From positions 5,761,709 to 5,825,708 of the forward strand of contig CAJINV010000002.1 of NCBI GenBank assembly GCA_905178155.1: 64,000 nucleotides of DNA, given 5' to 3'. A program made the position numbers and the translations under genes. Source of the stretch: Amoebophrya sp. A120 (lineage: Eukaryota > Protista > Dinoflagellata). The stretch's first letter is position 1. Every line of letters begins with the position of its first letter. Shown one piece after another: positions 1 through 12,300 of this stretch. The notes beneath the pieces were generated by a model. It searched no databases and was not told where the DNA came from. It was given only the letters and a program-made list of their open reading frames with translations.

Positions 1-31
1 CCCGAAGCTGACCGGTATCACAGAGGAGGCT

Positions 32-2211
32 TTGGCGACGGATGGACTGTCCTTTGAGGAGGCAATTGTGAAATTTAAGCACTTTTGCACAGGCAGCTTC
101 TCGTCGGCAACTACAGGACAGAGTGATAAAGACTTGCACTTCTATCTTCCCCTCTACCAATACGGAGCAGACGTGCATCTTCTCCGCTACAACTGGATTT
201 TCTTCCTCCTGCGCTCAGTGGGAAATGGAGATAGAGGAAAGATTAGTTCAAAGGAGAAGATCGCCGTGACGAAGTGGTTATTTCCGGCACTGACGAAACA
301 CGATGTTGGTACAACAACCTCGGTGCAGACCACGAGTAGAACAAGATCCACCCCAGGGTACGAACGGTATCGTCCGTTTCTCGAAGCTTTTCTAGAAATA
401 GCGTCCCAGCAGAAAGAACAGACGGAGAACATTCGATCCAAACTCGCAACCTTAGACGTCGCAGGGTTTGCGTCTTTTTTCGAAGGCAGCGTGATGAAGA
501 TGGTAGATGAAGATCTGAATAGCCGGTTTCGAAATCTGCGTCCAATCATTGCCGAATTAGCGTTGAAAAATAGGGTAACGGAAATAATAGCACCACCGTC
601 CTCATCGGCAACAGAACTCGAGCCGGAGCTGCATAAGCATAACCCAATCTCGAAGAAAAAATACACCGCTGGGAGTGTATACAAGGCTCTCGGGGTCTCT
701 GAAACGAGGTTCAACGCTACCCTACAGGAAGTTATCTCCATGAAACAAGGCGCAAGCTTTCGAAAGCAGATTCACGACGGGTGTTACGACTCTGTGTCCT
801 TGTTTCTAGCATTGGACAGATTGTGGGACTTGAACAAAAATTCTTGCAGGGCAGATGAACACAACGCGAATGTTAATACCACTATTTCCGACGGCATCGT
901 AGGTTCCAAAGATAAAAACGGGAGATTTGGTCAAGAACAAAGGAGAATTTTTTTTTGCCGGTATAACGCTACCGTGCAAAGGAAGCTGAGCACGGCGCTG
1001 TGTTGTTCCTCAACTGTGCTCACACAATCCTCTCCCTTTAGTGTAGCGAGTTGCGTTTTCATCTGTCTTGGGTGTCGTCTGCTTCATGAAAAATTTTGAG
1101 CTTCTTTTTGAGACGAGAGATCAGCGGCTGCCTCGCGACCTCTGTCGCGCTTCATTTCTTGTTTCACGATAACGTATAAATTGTGTTTGTGCTACTTGAC
1201 TGCAGCCTACGAATCAGGGTTAAGCAATAGATACCGGAGCCGTCTCAAGAACCTGATTTTTTTTCGGTTATTCGAATACTTTCGCAAGATGCCGTCCGTT
1301 GTCGCCAACTTCCGCAAGTCCGGCGTTGCTTTGCAAGTCCTCGTCTTTTGTTCCCAGGATCATGCCTCTTCCGCTTTTGCTGTCAGCATCCCAGCGAAAA
1401 CAACGAAAACTGCAGTCACTGGTCAAAACGAGAAGACTTCCACAGCCGTCGAGGACCCGGCTTGGAAAGACGAGGTGGCGCGGCTGTTGACCGGCGTGAT
1501 TGGGAATTTGGAAGGAGCTACGACTTCTTCCAAAAACAAAAAGCCCTTCTCCCTCCTCTCCCAGGATGAAATCATGCACGAATTAACCAAATCCGCCGAG
1601 CAAGAGCTCGACTCCATCGTCGATGCGGTAGCGATATCCAATGCAAAAGTACTAAATGTGGTAGTCGTACTAATCCATGTATGACAGTCAGATCCCCGTT
1701 TTGATGGAAAGCTGCATCATCTTCATCTTTGAAAAGATAATTTGTATTGCAATGCGCGATGCTCATGTTCTGTTGCTTTTGCAAGGCATAATCGAACTTG
1801 TCGGAGGAGGACGTTACGGAGGAGGACTACGGTTTTTCGAACGATGAAGAATCTGACGGCGACGCGGCGACAACCACAACTTCTGACGCGCAGGACCAGC
1901 TGCAAGAAGACGCTTCGACGTCTGAGGACGCGCAAGAAGACGACGAGGAACAGCTGCAAATGGAAGAGGACGACGGTGATGAGGACAGCACGGCGTTTCT
2001 GTCTTTGACGGGCTCGGATCAGGAACAGGATGAAAATGAGAACGAAAACGAAGAGGAAAACCTGTTGTCCATGGAGGATACGTTGAGTTTTATCTCCGAC
2101 AAGGAAGAGGACGGCGAACAGGATGGGAAAAAGTACATCCCGGAGTCGACCAAGAAGGAGGTCGCGAAAATCTTGAACGGCATCATCGGCCGCCTGTCCA
2201 AGCCGCACTAG
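32..2211 (+). CDS. Hypothetical multi-exon protein, probably 5'-partial, with an acidic D/E-rich C-terminus
   Basis: ORFs 32-1099, 1181-1684 and 1798-2211 are colinear and separated by intron-like T-rich stretches. No recognisable domain; exon boundaries not resolved. Confidence 0.5.
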
Positions 2212-3086
2212 ATGAATCGTTGTGAGAATCAGTAAAAACGCGGGAGGTGGTGATAGATGTTGTGAAAGGCTTTGAATTTTTTTTTTCCCAGTGGTTTCGT
2301 TTCTGAAAATGATTGTGATTCAGTTTTGCAGATCATGAAATATACTTAGGTATACGACGTCTCTGTCATCTTTTCCGAATGATTGTGATAGCACCCCCGT
2401 AGAAGGAGTTACTATCGATCGCCACGCATTGTATGTTTTCCGCCGGCGAAAGTGTGTCTGACACGAAAAGACGTGCGCTCCAAAGGTAAGCGTTTACTTG
2501 TTCGAAGTCGATAGGAATACATGTTGACTACGGGTGTCGCTTTTCGTCTTGCGGTGTTTCGTAATAAGGATCTAGACGCAAAGACTAAATCGCTCTAAAC
2601 ATTTAAGCAGCATGCGTTTCGTCGCAATATGAACATTGCTCGGATAGACAAAGTCGTCGGGGTCGTCTGCAGTGTCGTAGCAAGTTGCTGGTCGTTGGCA
2701 TGGCTGCCTTTCCCGTCATTTTCGGGTCGTTTCAAATCGTGGCTCGGAACACTGGGATTCTCAGGTCGTTGTAATGAAAACTTTAAAGTTGCAAAAATGA
2801 ACGGAAGTCGTGCTGTCGCGTATACTTCGATATTATTAGAGGCGGAAACGGAATAAATGGTGTTTTTTTGTGTAAGTACTTACAAAGAAACATGTCAGAA
2901 TCAGAAAGCGAATTGCAGTCCACCAGCAGCTGCTGGCTGTATGGTTCGAAGGTGCTGGTTTTTCTTGAAGTTGAATTCTCATCCAACGATGGCAGTAAAT
3001 GCGAATCATCGTCCGTCGAATGTCTGACTGCCGTTGGTACACTAGAATAGCCGGGGCATGAAGCCCTTGACTTTTGTGTTGACAGA

Positions 3087-5828
3087 ATGAACGCAATTTT
3101 TGGCTGCATTGGCCGTCGGGGGGAAAGAGCAGAACTGCGCGGAGTTTTCAAGAACCTACAGCAGGACCACATGGCACCAGGGCATCGAACATCGGGACGT
3201 CGCGAGGAGCGAGAAGAAATGGTTCGAAATAGTAGACCCAGTTCTTGTTCTTCTTCTTGTTCCTCCCACCGCCGCCGGTCGCTCGTCTTCTCCCACCTGG
3301 CCGTATTTATTTGTTTCGGCTGCACGACAGCTCCAGTTCAAGTTCATGTTCAGCTCAGCCGTTTCTTCCTAATTTCGGCGGAAGCGGCGAGAGCAGGTGC
3401 GCAGCTAGTACAAGAGCAGGAGAACCAGCAGCAGCAGCCGCCCTTGCCCACCGGCGCCACACGGTCCACAGCGGGATGGAAGGCGAAGAAACAACGCGAA
3501 ATATTGCGAGGAAAAATCCCCCCTCCCCATATCGAAAAGGCGTGTTTCCGAAAATTTGTCTTGCTGATTTGAGACCACAAATCACGTCTGTCCTGCAAGA
3601 AGACAACTCCACAGGCTCTGCCGCATTATGCAGGCGGTTTGTGATGCTGTTGGACCTACAGCGTAGCCGTTTCTCATGCTAAGCGCCTAGGCCAAAAGCT
3701 CTCTACTCAGGCTCGGCAGGAGCCTGCAGACCTCTACTGCAGGACAAGCCTGATTTGTATACGCAAATCCAGCGTCAGAAGCTTCCTTTTCTTTGATATG
3801 GGGGGGGATTTTTCATTGGGATACGAAATCGACACCATGTGTATGGCCAGCATGATGGGAATCATGGACGGCCCACTGCACGAGCAGAAGGTCGGGACGA
3901 CGAGTGATTTTTCTGCAGCGGCGGAAGTACTAGATCAAGAGGAGGAGCACGATCCAGAGAAGATTCTCGCTGCGAAAAAAAGCATCCTTGCCAAGCACGC
4001 CACGAAGTATTTCTACGACCACAACTTGCTCAGTACCACTAGGAACATCGCGAACAGTACGTCTAAAAGTACATCTTTTTCTCGGCACAGTACTATGCGG
4101 GAGGAAGTACTAGAGGCTTTCAGCACGGACGAGGTGGAAACGTACGAGAAGCGGTGTTTGCGGGAAAGCAGCGGCAAGGGGAAAAAGAAGGAAGATTCTT
4201 TTCCTCCGCCGGAGGATGCGGTGTACTACCTGATCGATAACAACCTGGACCCCAGCTCGAACCCGGACTCCGATTCCGCCCGACAGGGCCAAAGCTGGAA
4301 GGTGTATTTCGAGCTCGAGGAAGCATACAAGAACAGCGAGAAATATTCCACCTCTATGGCGGCCCAGCGCCTGCGCGCCCTGCGGTGGGACAAGATGAAG
4401 CGCAAGGTGCTGCAGATCGCGGTCTTCAATCTGTACCGAAGGAAAGACGCCGTGTATCTCTTGCTCGCAAGTCCCTGGCTGAGCAGTTCGAGGTACGAGT
4501 ACAGAATTACCGCGAGCCGCCCGGAAAGGAGTCGTCGTGTGACTGGAATTGGTCAAGACGAGCTGGTTGACTGGCGGTCGCGGTTGTTTCCGACGAAGGC
4601 GCAAATGAAAAAAATGCGGGAGACGGATCATTACATGCAGGGACGAACAACAAGCGCGAAAACAAATCTCCTTGACGAATATCTGGCCCAGCACGTGTCC
4701 AAGGTACAGACGACGGAGCAGGAGCGGGAGCAGACGTGCTTCGACTTGCGGGACTGGTTTGTTCTCAATGATGTTGATAATGATGAACAATTTATTCAGG
4801 AGGGGGCTCTTGCTAACGAAGAGCGCCGACCTGGTTCTCGTCGAAAAACGACGACGAGAATTTCTTACTCCTGCCTGCTGCCGAACAAGCAGAACCGCTT
4901 GCACCTGCTTTTGTTTTTCATCGAGACCGCGAGCCAGAGCGAGCTGGACTTGTTTTTCTACCAGGTGTTAGAAGAGGGTATGATGGTTGAAGAAGAGAGA
5001 CTCGTCGACCACAGCCCGCTGTACCACTTTTACCTGGACCTGCAGAACGTGTCGCCCAGGTCTATGAATCAAGCCTCGGATCTGATGCTGTCCGGTTGGA
5101 AGCACTTGGCCAAGAAGCGCGCCGCGCAAGCGTATCTGGACCAAGTGTTCCGGAACGAGTATAATAGAGACGTCTTGCAGCACGACAAAGCTCTTGCCGG
5201 CAAAGCGTTTGACTTGGTTATCATCACCGACGGCACGCTGGTACCGTGGACCTACAGCTGGAGAAAGGCCATCCAAATCTTGAACTTCTCCGGTATGCAG
5301 GACAGCACCCCGCCTTCGGAGAAGGAAGCCATGGCGATGGACGACTTCGCCTTCGCGAAAACCGGCCGCGGTACTACTGATGCAGGCTCTGGAGCAGGAG
5401 CAACAAGATCCTTTTTGCAGCAGCTACAGCCTGGCGGAGATCATGCTCTAGAAGATGAAGAGCAACTACAGCCTAGAAAGAACATTAGCATGGTTCCGCA
5501 GTTGCCCCAGAGTAACAACTATGTGCACACGACCTTCGTGCTGCTGGATCTAGGTTACCTGTCGGAGCGATTTGAGAAAGTGGACCCAGACAACATGGAA
5601 GCGGACCACCCACAGCGCCCCCGCACGCCGACGGAGGAGTTCCACCGCTGGCGGATGGAGGCGGTGCAGAAGGTGCAAGAGAATTTTGACATCCTGAGCC
5701 CCCAGCAGCGCGACGATGAGCGCCTGATTCAGCTGCGACACGTGCCGCTCACCTCGCGGCTGGAGCACTTCTATCGCAAGAAAAAACTGTTTCACTCACA
5801 AGCAGAAAATGGAACACAGAGCTATTAA
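3087..5828 (+). CDS. Hypothetical protein interrupted by an introner; may be the 5' part of the next gene
   Basis: ORF 3087 (..KKQRE) joins ORF 3798 (IDTMCMAS..) in frame after removing 3502-3828. A possible further exon at about 5954-6151 could link it to the 6386 gene. Start uncertain. Confidence 0.6.
3502..3823. mobile_element. Family A introner (322 bp), TSD CGAAA
   Basis: TIRs TATTGCGAGGAAAAATCCCCCCTCCCCATATC and GATATGGGGGGGGATTTTTCATTGGGATA. CGAAA at 3497-3501 and 3824-3828. Removing 327 nt keeps the frame. Confidence 0.95.
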
Positions 5829-6385
5829 TTTGTGTTGCTAGTACACCTGCAAGACATTGGATTTTCGAACGTGTTTTCCCTTGGGAAGTGCGCATGGCAA
5901 GTTTTCTATGTCATGTAGAACGAACTTGTGATGCGAAACTCGCAAAATTGTTACAATGAAACACTTCTTTCTCACGATAAATTCCGCAGCGTTTTCAATC
6001 CAGCCCCGACCTCTTCAGTCCAGACGGAAGACGCGGCTCCGGTATTCTGTGTAAATCAAACGTGGTCCCCACCTCGTGGTCCCCATAGTGAAGAGGGCAC
6101 TTTTGCTAGACAGGCCAAGAACAAGTTTTTTGACGGTATTTTTACAAGTTCGGGTCGTGGTCTCTAGTGTACTAGTCGTGGTTAGCTAGAGCAGTCGCAT
6201 ATCCCTAGTCGAGCATGACAAATTTATATTCCAGATAGAATGCAATTGCAAAAATAAGGCTCATCGCTCATACATTGTAGTTATCGGGCTGGCGATGCGG
6301 ATGCGAATAAGCATTTTAGGGATGGAAATTTGCATGACAGCTAACTATGGGGCCTACCTTGTGGGGACGACGTTTTTAATTCAGG

Positions 6386-9300
6386 GGATACCCGAAGATC
6401 GAGGCATTTGCGGCCACGGACGACCAGGTTTGGCGCAGCGTGCTGCTGCCGATCACACAACTCGAGCGCGATTTCTTGGCAGATGCGGACACTAAGAAGG
6501 ATCCAGCTGAAATCGCTAGGGCCAGGACGACCGAGTTCTTAGAGCACCGGTTTAGCATGGACGGGTTGATTCAACTCGCCGAGCACGAGCGGACGCACCT
6601 GGTTTTCGCCGAGTTTCCGTTCGAAAAGCTGAAGCAGTGCGCGGAGCGCGGTCGCGGCTTTTTGGAAGGTGGTATCAAAAGGAAAAATTACCCCTTCCCA
6701 TACTGACAAGGTACGTTTTCGAAAATTTGTGTTGCTGATTTGTGACCCCAAATCGTCTCTGTGATGCATGAAGGCAACTCCACAGGCTCCGCTGCATTCT
6801 ACAGGCGGTCTGTCATGCTCATGCTCCTACAGCGTAGACGTCTGTCATGCTAAGCGCCCAGGCCAAAACCTGCCTTCTCAGGCTTGGCATGGGCCTGCAG
6901 TCCTTGCCAGCAAGACACATCTGATTGGTGTACGCAGATCCACCATCAGAAACTTCGTTTTGATATGGGGAGGGGGGATGTTTCATTTTGATAGGTGGGG
7001 GCAAGAGTGCGACAAGTATAACCTCAACCTCGTCGCAACGAAACATTTCGCGGCGGAAGGAACTGGACGTGGCCAGCAGTCTCTTTTATACGCTTCCCAT
7101 GCACGTGGCGCGGATGGCCGGGATGTTCAAAGTGCCAAACGACTTCACCCACCACAGCTGGCAGGCGGACTACGTGGAAACGGTGCTCCGTAACCTGTGG
7201 GACCAGCTGGATAGCATGCTGCCCATCCCGCCGAGTTGCGACTACAGCGCGGGTATCGGCCAGGACTACCCCGGGAACGATCTGAACCTCTATCAAATGG
7301 AAAAATCCCCCCACCCCATATCGAAAACGAAATTTGTGATGCTGTATTTGAGTACACAAATCGAATTGCAATGCTAGAAGGCCAAGAGCCGCAGTTGTGG
7401 CCTCGTTTGCAGGCAATTTGTCATGCTGTTTCCCACTTGCAGTTGCTTCCTGTCATGCTGAAGATGCAAGGCTTTCCCACGCCACCCAGCACTACAGTCC
7501 GCATCTTTTCCCTTCTAGCATGGCAAAGCTGATCTGTGACTGCAAATCTGCATCACAGATTTCCGTTTTGATATGGGGAGGGGGGATTTTTCTTCTTGAT
7601 AACCTCGGGCGCGTCCTTATCCTGGCAAACAGCACGTTCTCCCAGTGCCTCGCGCTCTGCGCGGAGTTCTTTGAGGGCGAGCGCGACAAGGTATCCACCG
7701 AATTTGACGCGTTGGGAAACGAAGGGAAGCACAGCAACACGTGCTGGGGAGTGACCTTCATGGCAAATGCGGACGAAGTCGACGTTCCTGCTAGAAGAAG
7801 TACCACAGCGGAGCAAACAAGTACGAAGGCGAGGACAATGCCTGCGTGGGTGGAAAAGTTAGGGTACCCGGGAAATGATAATGCGAATAAAAAACTGTCG
7901 GAAAAAGAACTACCAGGTCGTGCAAGAACAGGTGAGAAGCAAAACCACGCGGCAAAAACCATACAGGGTACGTGTTCCTTGAAAGCGAAGCAGCTCCCTG
8001 TAGGCATCTCGGCCCGCGCAGGTCCGTACCAAAATCCCACCGCCGTTTCGCTCGTGATGACGAGACGCTGTCAGCAAGATATGTTCACCAACCGGGAGGC
8101 CCTGCTCGAGCGCATGCGCACCCTGATCTGGCGTGAACAGGGAAGAAAATCCGACTTGCAGAAACGGCGGTTCTTTCTGCACTACACCGCGGTCACGGAG
8201 TTTCTAGATCCCAGGCGCGGTCGTGGTCGTCGTTCTCCACCACATGTGGGCGTTAAAAATCTACTTCCAGAAGAAGAACACGTCGAATCAAGAAATGTTG
8301 GCCCGACGATGTGTTTCGACACGCGAGGCGAGGGCAAGCCGACGCCCGAGGTGGCTCTGAGTTTTCTGCACATGCACCAAATCGAGGTGGACGGGATGTT
8401 GAAGGCCGGCGACGTCGCTATTGGCGCGGAAATGAAGTTGCAAGAAGATCAAGAACCAGCCCACCGAGACAGCCTGCGTGATGACGTCGAAGTGGACCCG
8501 GAGCACTGGCACAAGACGCATGTTCGCCCCCCGCGAACGGACCTCCTGGGGCCCCCGAAAGAAGAATCTTTGCCTCCGCCTGAGGTTGACACAGCAGCGG
8601 GGGCTGCAGCTGGAGCTCCTCCTCCCCTTCCGCAGGAAGTTTCACCTGCAGAGCGGGCCCCATCACAACTGCCTGCGCCGGTAGTTGAAGTGCCGCCCGA
8701 AGAAGACGAGGAGGAGGAGCTCGAGGAGGACGTGGAAGTGGTGCCCGCTGTTGAACTCACTAGTACAATGCGTCCGCCGCAAGAAGATAAATTTCCTCTT
8801 GCAACCACACCTACATCAACTCCGGAAATGGAAGAGATACAATCGCCAGAAGCTTTGCCACCAGCAGAGTCAGCAACAGATGAACAGCAGGTCCAGGAGC
8901 CCGCTAAAGTAGCAGAAGCTTTACCTCCCACATCGAAGCCTGGGGCCGAAAAGAACATTCGTGATAGTACTTTGCAGCAAGATAAGGTTCATCGTCGAGC
9001 CCCGACCTCCGTTTCCGCTTCTACTGCGACGCTACCACCTAGTAGCACCAGTCCCACTTCTACTTCTTATTCGTCCACTTCTAGTCCTAGCACGTCTACC
9101 TCCCCCACCTCGACCAAGCGCGAGTGTACGGAAAAGGAGCGCATCATTTTCGGCCCGGATTGCGACTGGGATGAAGAAGACGAGATGGACGCGGGCCGGG
9201 TGGCGACCACGGAGGGACTTTCCGAGGCGGAAACGGAGATTCTGGATCCGGAGAAAACGGGGAATTTCAGCAAGGCCGACCTGATGCTGGCGGAAAACGC

Positions 9301-12300
9301 GGGCGAAATCCAGGCAGACACGCGCGGCGACGCTTTATTGATCCACAAAGATTGGCGAGTGGACGAGAATGCGAGGAAGAAGTTCGAAGAATTGCGCAAG
9401 AAGTGGCAGCGGGAGGAGGCGCAGCAGAGACAAATGGACGAGATTGAGGAGGTGCGACGAAGAGCGGAGGAGGAGGAACGCGAGAAGAGGAGGCAGAGGG
9501 ACGCGGAATTGAAAAAAAAGGCAGAAGAGTTGGATAAAACAAGCAGCACAAAAGCTCCAGCGGGTGAAGAAGATGTTGAGACCACTAAGTCTCCTTCTGG
9601 AGGGGACGATAAGCATGATCAAAGTCAGGACAAAAATGCTGACGAAGGAGGGGAACAAACAGAAAAGCCTGCAACAGGAGGAGAGACGAGCGAAGATGAG
9701 TCCACTACATCCACTACTTCGACTACTTTTCCGCTAGACACCCCGGAGAAGGACGAGACTTCCGGCGAACAAGACGACAAAGGCGAAGAACAGGGTGGCG
9801 GAGGTACTGGCTTTGCGCCAACGGTGGAAGATGATGCCTCCCTAGGCCCTCGTCCGGAGTGCAAGTCCATCGAGGAGTATCTAGAACCGGACTGTGTGCT
9901 GTCGGAGGAAGCGAGGAAAGATCTAGACAAAATCGGCAGCACTAATATTTTGACGGACAAGGATATGGATCTGTCAGGATTGAAATCGTCAAAGTTGAAA
10001 TAATTTGTCATGCATAAAATGGTCGGACATGCATGCATTTCCTGGATGTCCTTGGTCGGACATTCCTGTTTGGTGGTAGTATGGACCCCGTGTGGCTGTA
10101 GCGTCTTCCTCCGCCCTGCTTAGGCTGCCGCGCCTCGTGAGTTTCGTGTAATCGTTGTCCATTTTGCAAACCGTGCAATTGGTATATCCACACTTGCTCT
10201 TCGTAGTACTTCGTCCGTTGACCTTCCCCTCTACTCCCTTTACGTTTCCCCAGGCAGTACTCTTCATCTAAGCTGATCTTACCTGTTTTACGAATTTACT
10301 TTGAGTTAGCCTCTCATTACTTTCTCCCTTATCTTATGTCTTTCCTCAGAAGTGCGTTGGCGCGCCCTGCTTTTCTGCATGCACCATCAGAAGTGCATTG
10401 AATCGCGGCGGGATAATTACGAAAAAAATTTCCTCTTTGCATCGACTCTTGGTGGGATAATTACGAAAAAAATTTCCTCTTTGCATCGCGGCGGGATAAT
10501 TACGAAAAGTCTTTCACTTTGCATCGACTCTTGGTGGCTGCTTCCCACCGGCGGAGAGTATAAAGATGTAAAACATGAGCTGTTGACCACTGGGTCGCCG
10601 CAGCGTAGTGCTTGCACGCACCATCAGAAGTGCGTTAGCACGCCTTGCTTTTCTTGCGCACACCATCAGAAGTGTGTTGAATCGCGAGCGTATGATGATG
10701 ATGATGATTTCCTAGTTTCCAGGATATGTCTCACATATCTTGCTTTTCCTGCTTTCCCTGCATGACAAACCACGTTTTCGGTATGACTGTATGTGTAGCT
10801 TCTAGTTGTTTGTCATGCTGATTTTCGATAGATGGTTCTTTTTCTATTGCTCTGTCGCGTGACGCGTATCTCCTGATGCGCGTCACGGTTTCGGACGGTG
10901 CCGGTGTGGCTGATTACCATCTCTCCCCCGGTGCCCTATGCATGTGGCCGCCCTTCCTAATGATAAAAACTGCTATTTGCATTATATGCTCGCCAAATTT
11001 TCATATCGATACTACCACTATCCGACTCTCTGTCGTCCCGCACTTACTTTAGATAGAAAAATTTTATTGGTTTACGTAACCGGGGGCGGTGTGTCGTCTG
11101 CGGCGGATGATGACAGTGTACGCATTCAAAGAACTTCATGGCTTTTGGGGCTGCTTCCCCTTAGGTCTAGTATCACTTGACCCAAGGCACTGATCCGCTA
11201 AACGCACACCGTACGCCTCGCCCGCTCGGGGATAGCGTATCTCTAGACAGTGCTCTTGCTGCGGAGTGCTCGGCGATTCGCGCCGTACTTAATTCTACTG
11301 CGCGTAAGTCTTTCACTTTGCGTGGACTCTTGGTGGCTGCTACCACCGCGGGAGAGTATAAAGATGTAAAACATGAGCCATTAGCCACTGGGCTGCGGTG
11401 GCGTAGTGCATGCACGCACCATCAGAAGTGCGTTTGCACGCCTTGCTTTTCTTGCATGCACCATCAGAAGTGCATTGAATCGCGAGCGTATGATGATGAT
11501 GATTCCTACAGCACTTCGTATTTGCCTGCCGTTTACTCTCCTATGGTAACTTGACCTTCTATTTCCTCTCTCTACTCTTGTTTGGGTTTCGTTGTGACGG
11601 AAAGTATAGTCTTTGCACAGCAACGTGAATCCGATTTACTTGCTGCTGCTGTGTATGTTTTGTATGACATGCTACCAAGTATGTCTTTGCCTTTCGTGAA
11701 AATGTGTGATGATTTGTATGGTTGCCTGCGCTTCGTTGCTACTGCACTTCCTTCGTTAGTACCTGTTTCCTCGTATGGAGCTAGATCGCAAATTCGTACG
11801 CTCCTCATTCCGAAAAGTCCGATCTTCCCTGCCTTCCCCTCATGCCCACGTAGATGTAGGTCGCTACCCTTTTACTTCCTCTCTGCCGTGTAGTTTTGTC
11901 TTCTTATTTGTTTCATCCTTGTACTAGCGCTAGTTCGCGGAACCCGCTTCCTCGCAGGGGCAGCTGTTTTTTTTTCCGCCTTGCCAGCGGGTTTGTTTGG
12001 GGGGATACGACAGTATCGGCGTCGGGGGAAATCGCCGATGGGATACGACCGCAGTGTGACAAGCCAGGCGGGGAAAATAGTGAAGCTTCGGGTCTCGCAG
12101 CTCCACTTCTCCGTCTTACTTCCGTCTTCGTCCAGCTTCCTCTTCTTTCTTCTTCCGCCTTTTTCCGCTGGGGTTCGTCTTTGCATGACATCGAGGGACT
12201 AAGGGCGTAATAGCTTAACTTTATTGGTTTACGTAACCGGGGGCGGTGTGTCGTCTGCGGCGGATGATGACAGTGTACGCATTCAATGAACTTCATGGCT

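Noticed and set aside
5823-5953. Possible decayed introner linking the 3087 and 6386 genes
   Set aside because: It contains TGTGATGC and a weak IR, but the TAT-based element+5 rule does not restore the frame; left uncalled.
10346-10710. CRISPR-like array
   Set aside because: The repeats are irregular tandem duplications without uniform unique spacers; no cas genes; eukaryotic context.
11800-11880. Minus-strand YIYVG peptide suggestive of GIY-YIG
   Set aside because: It is followed shortly by a stop and lacks other conserved residues; too short to call.
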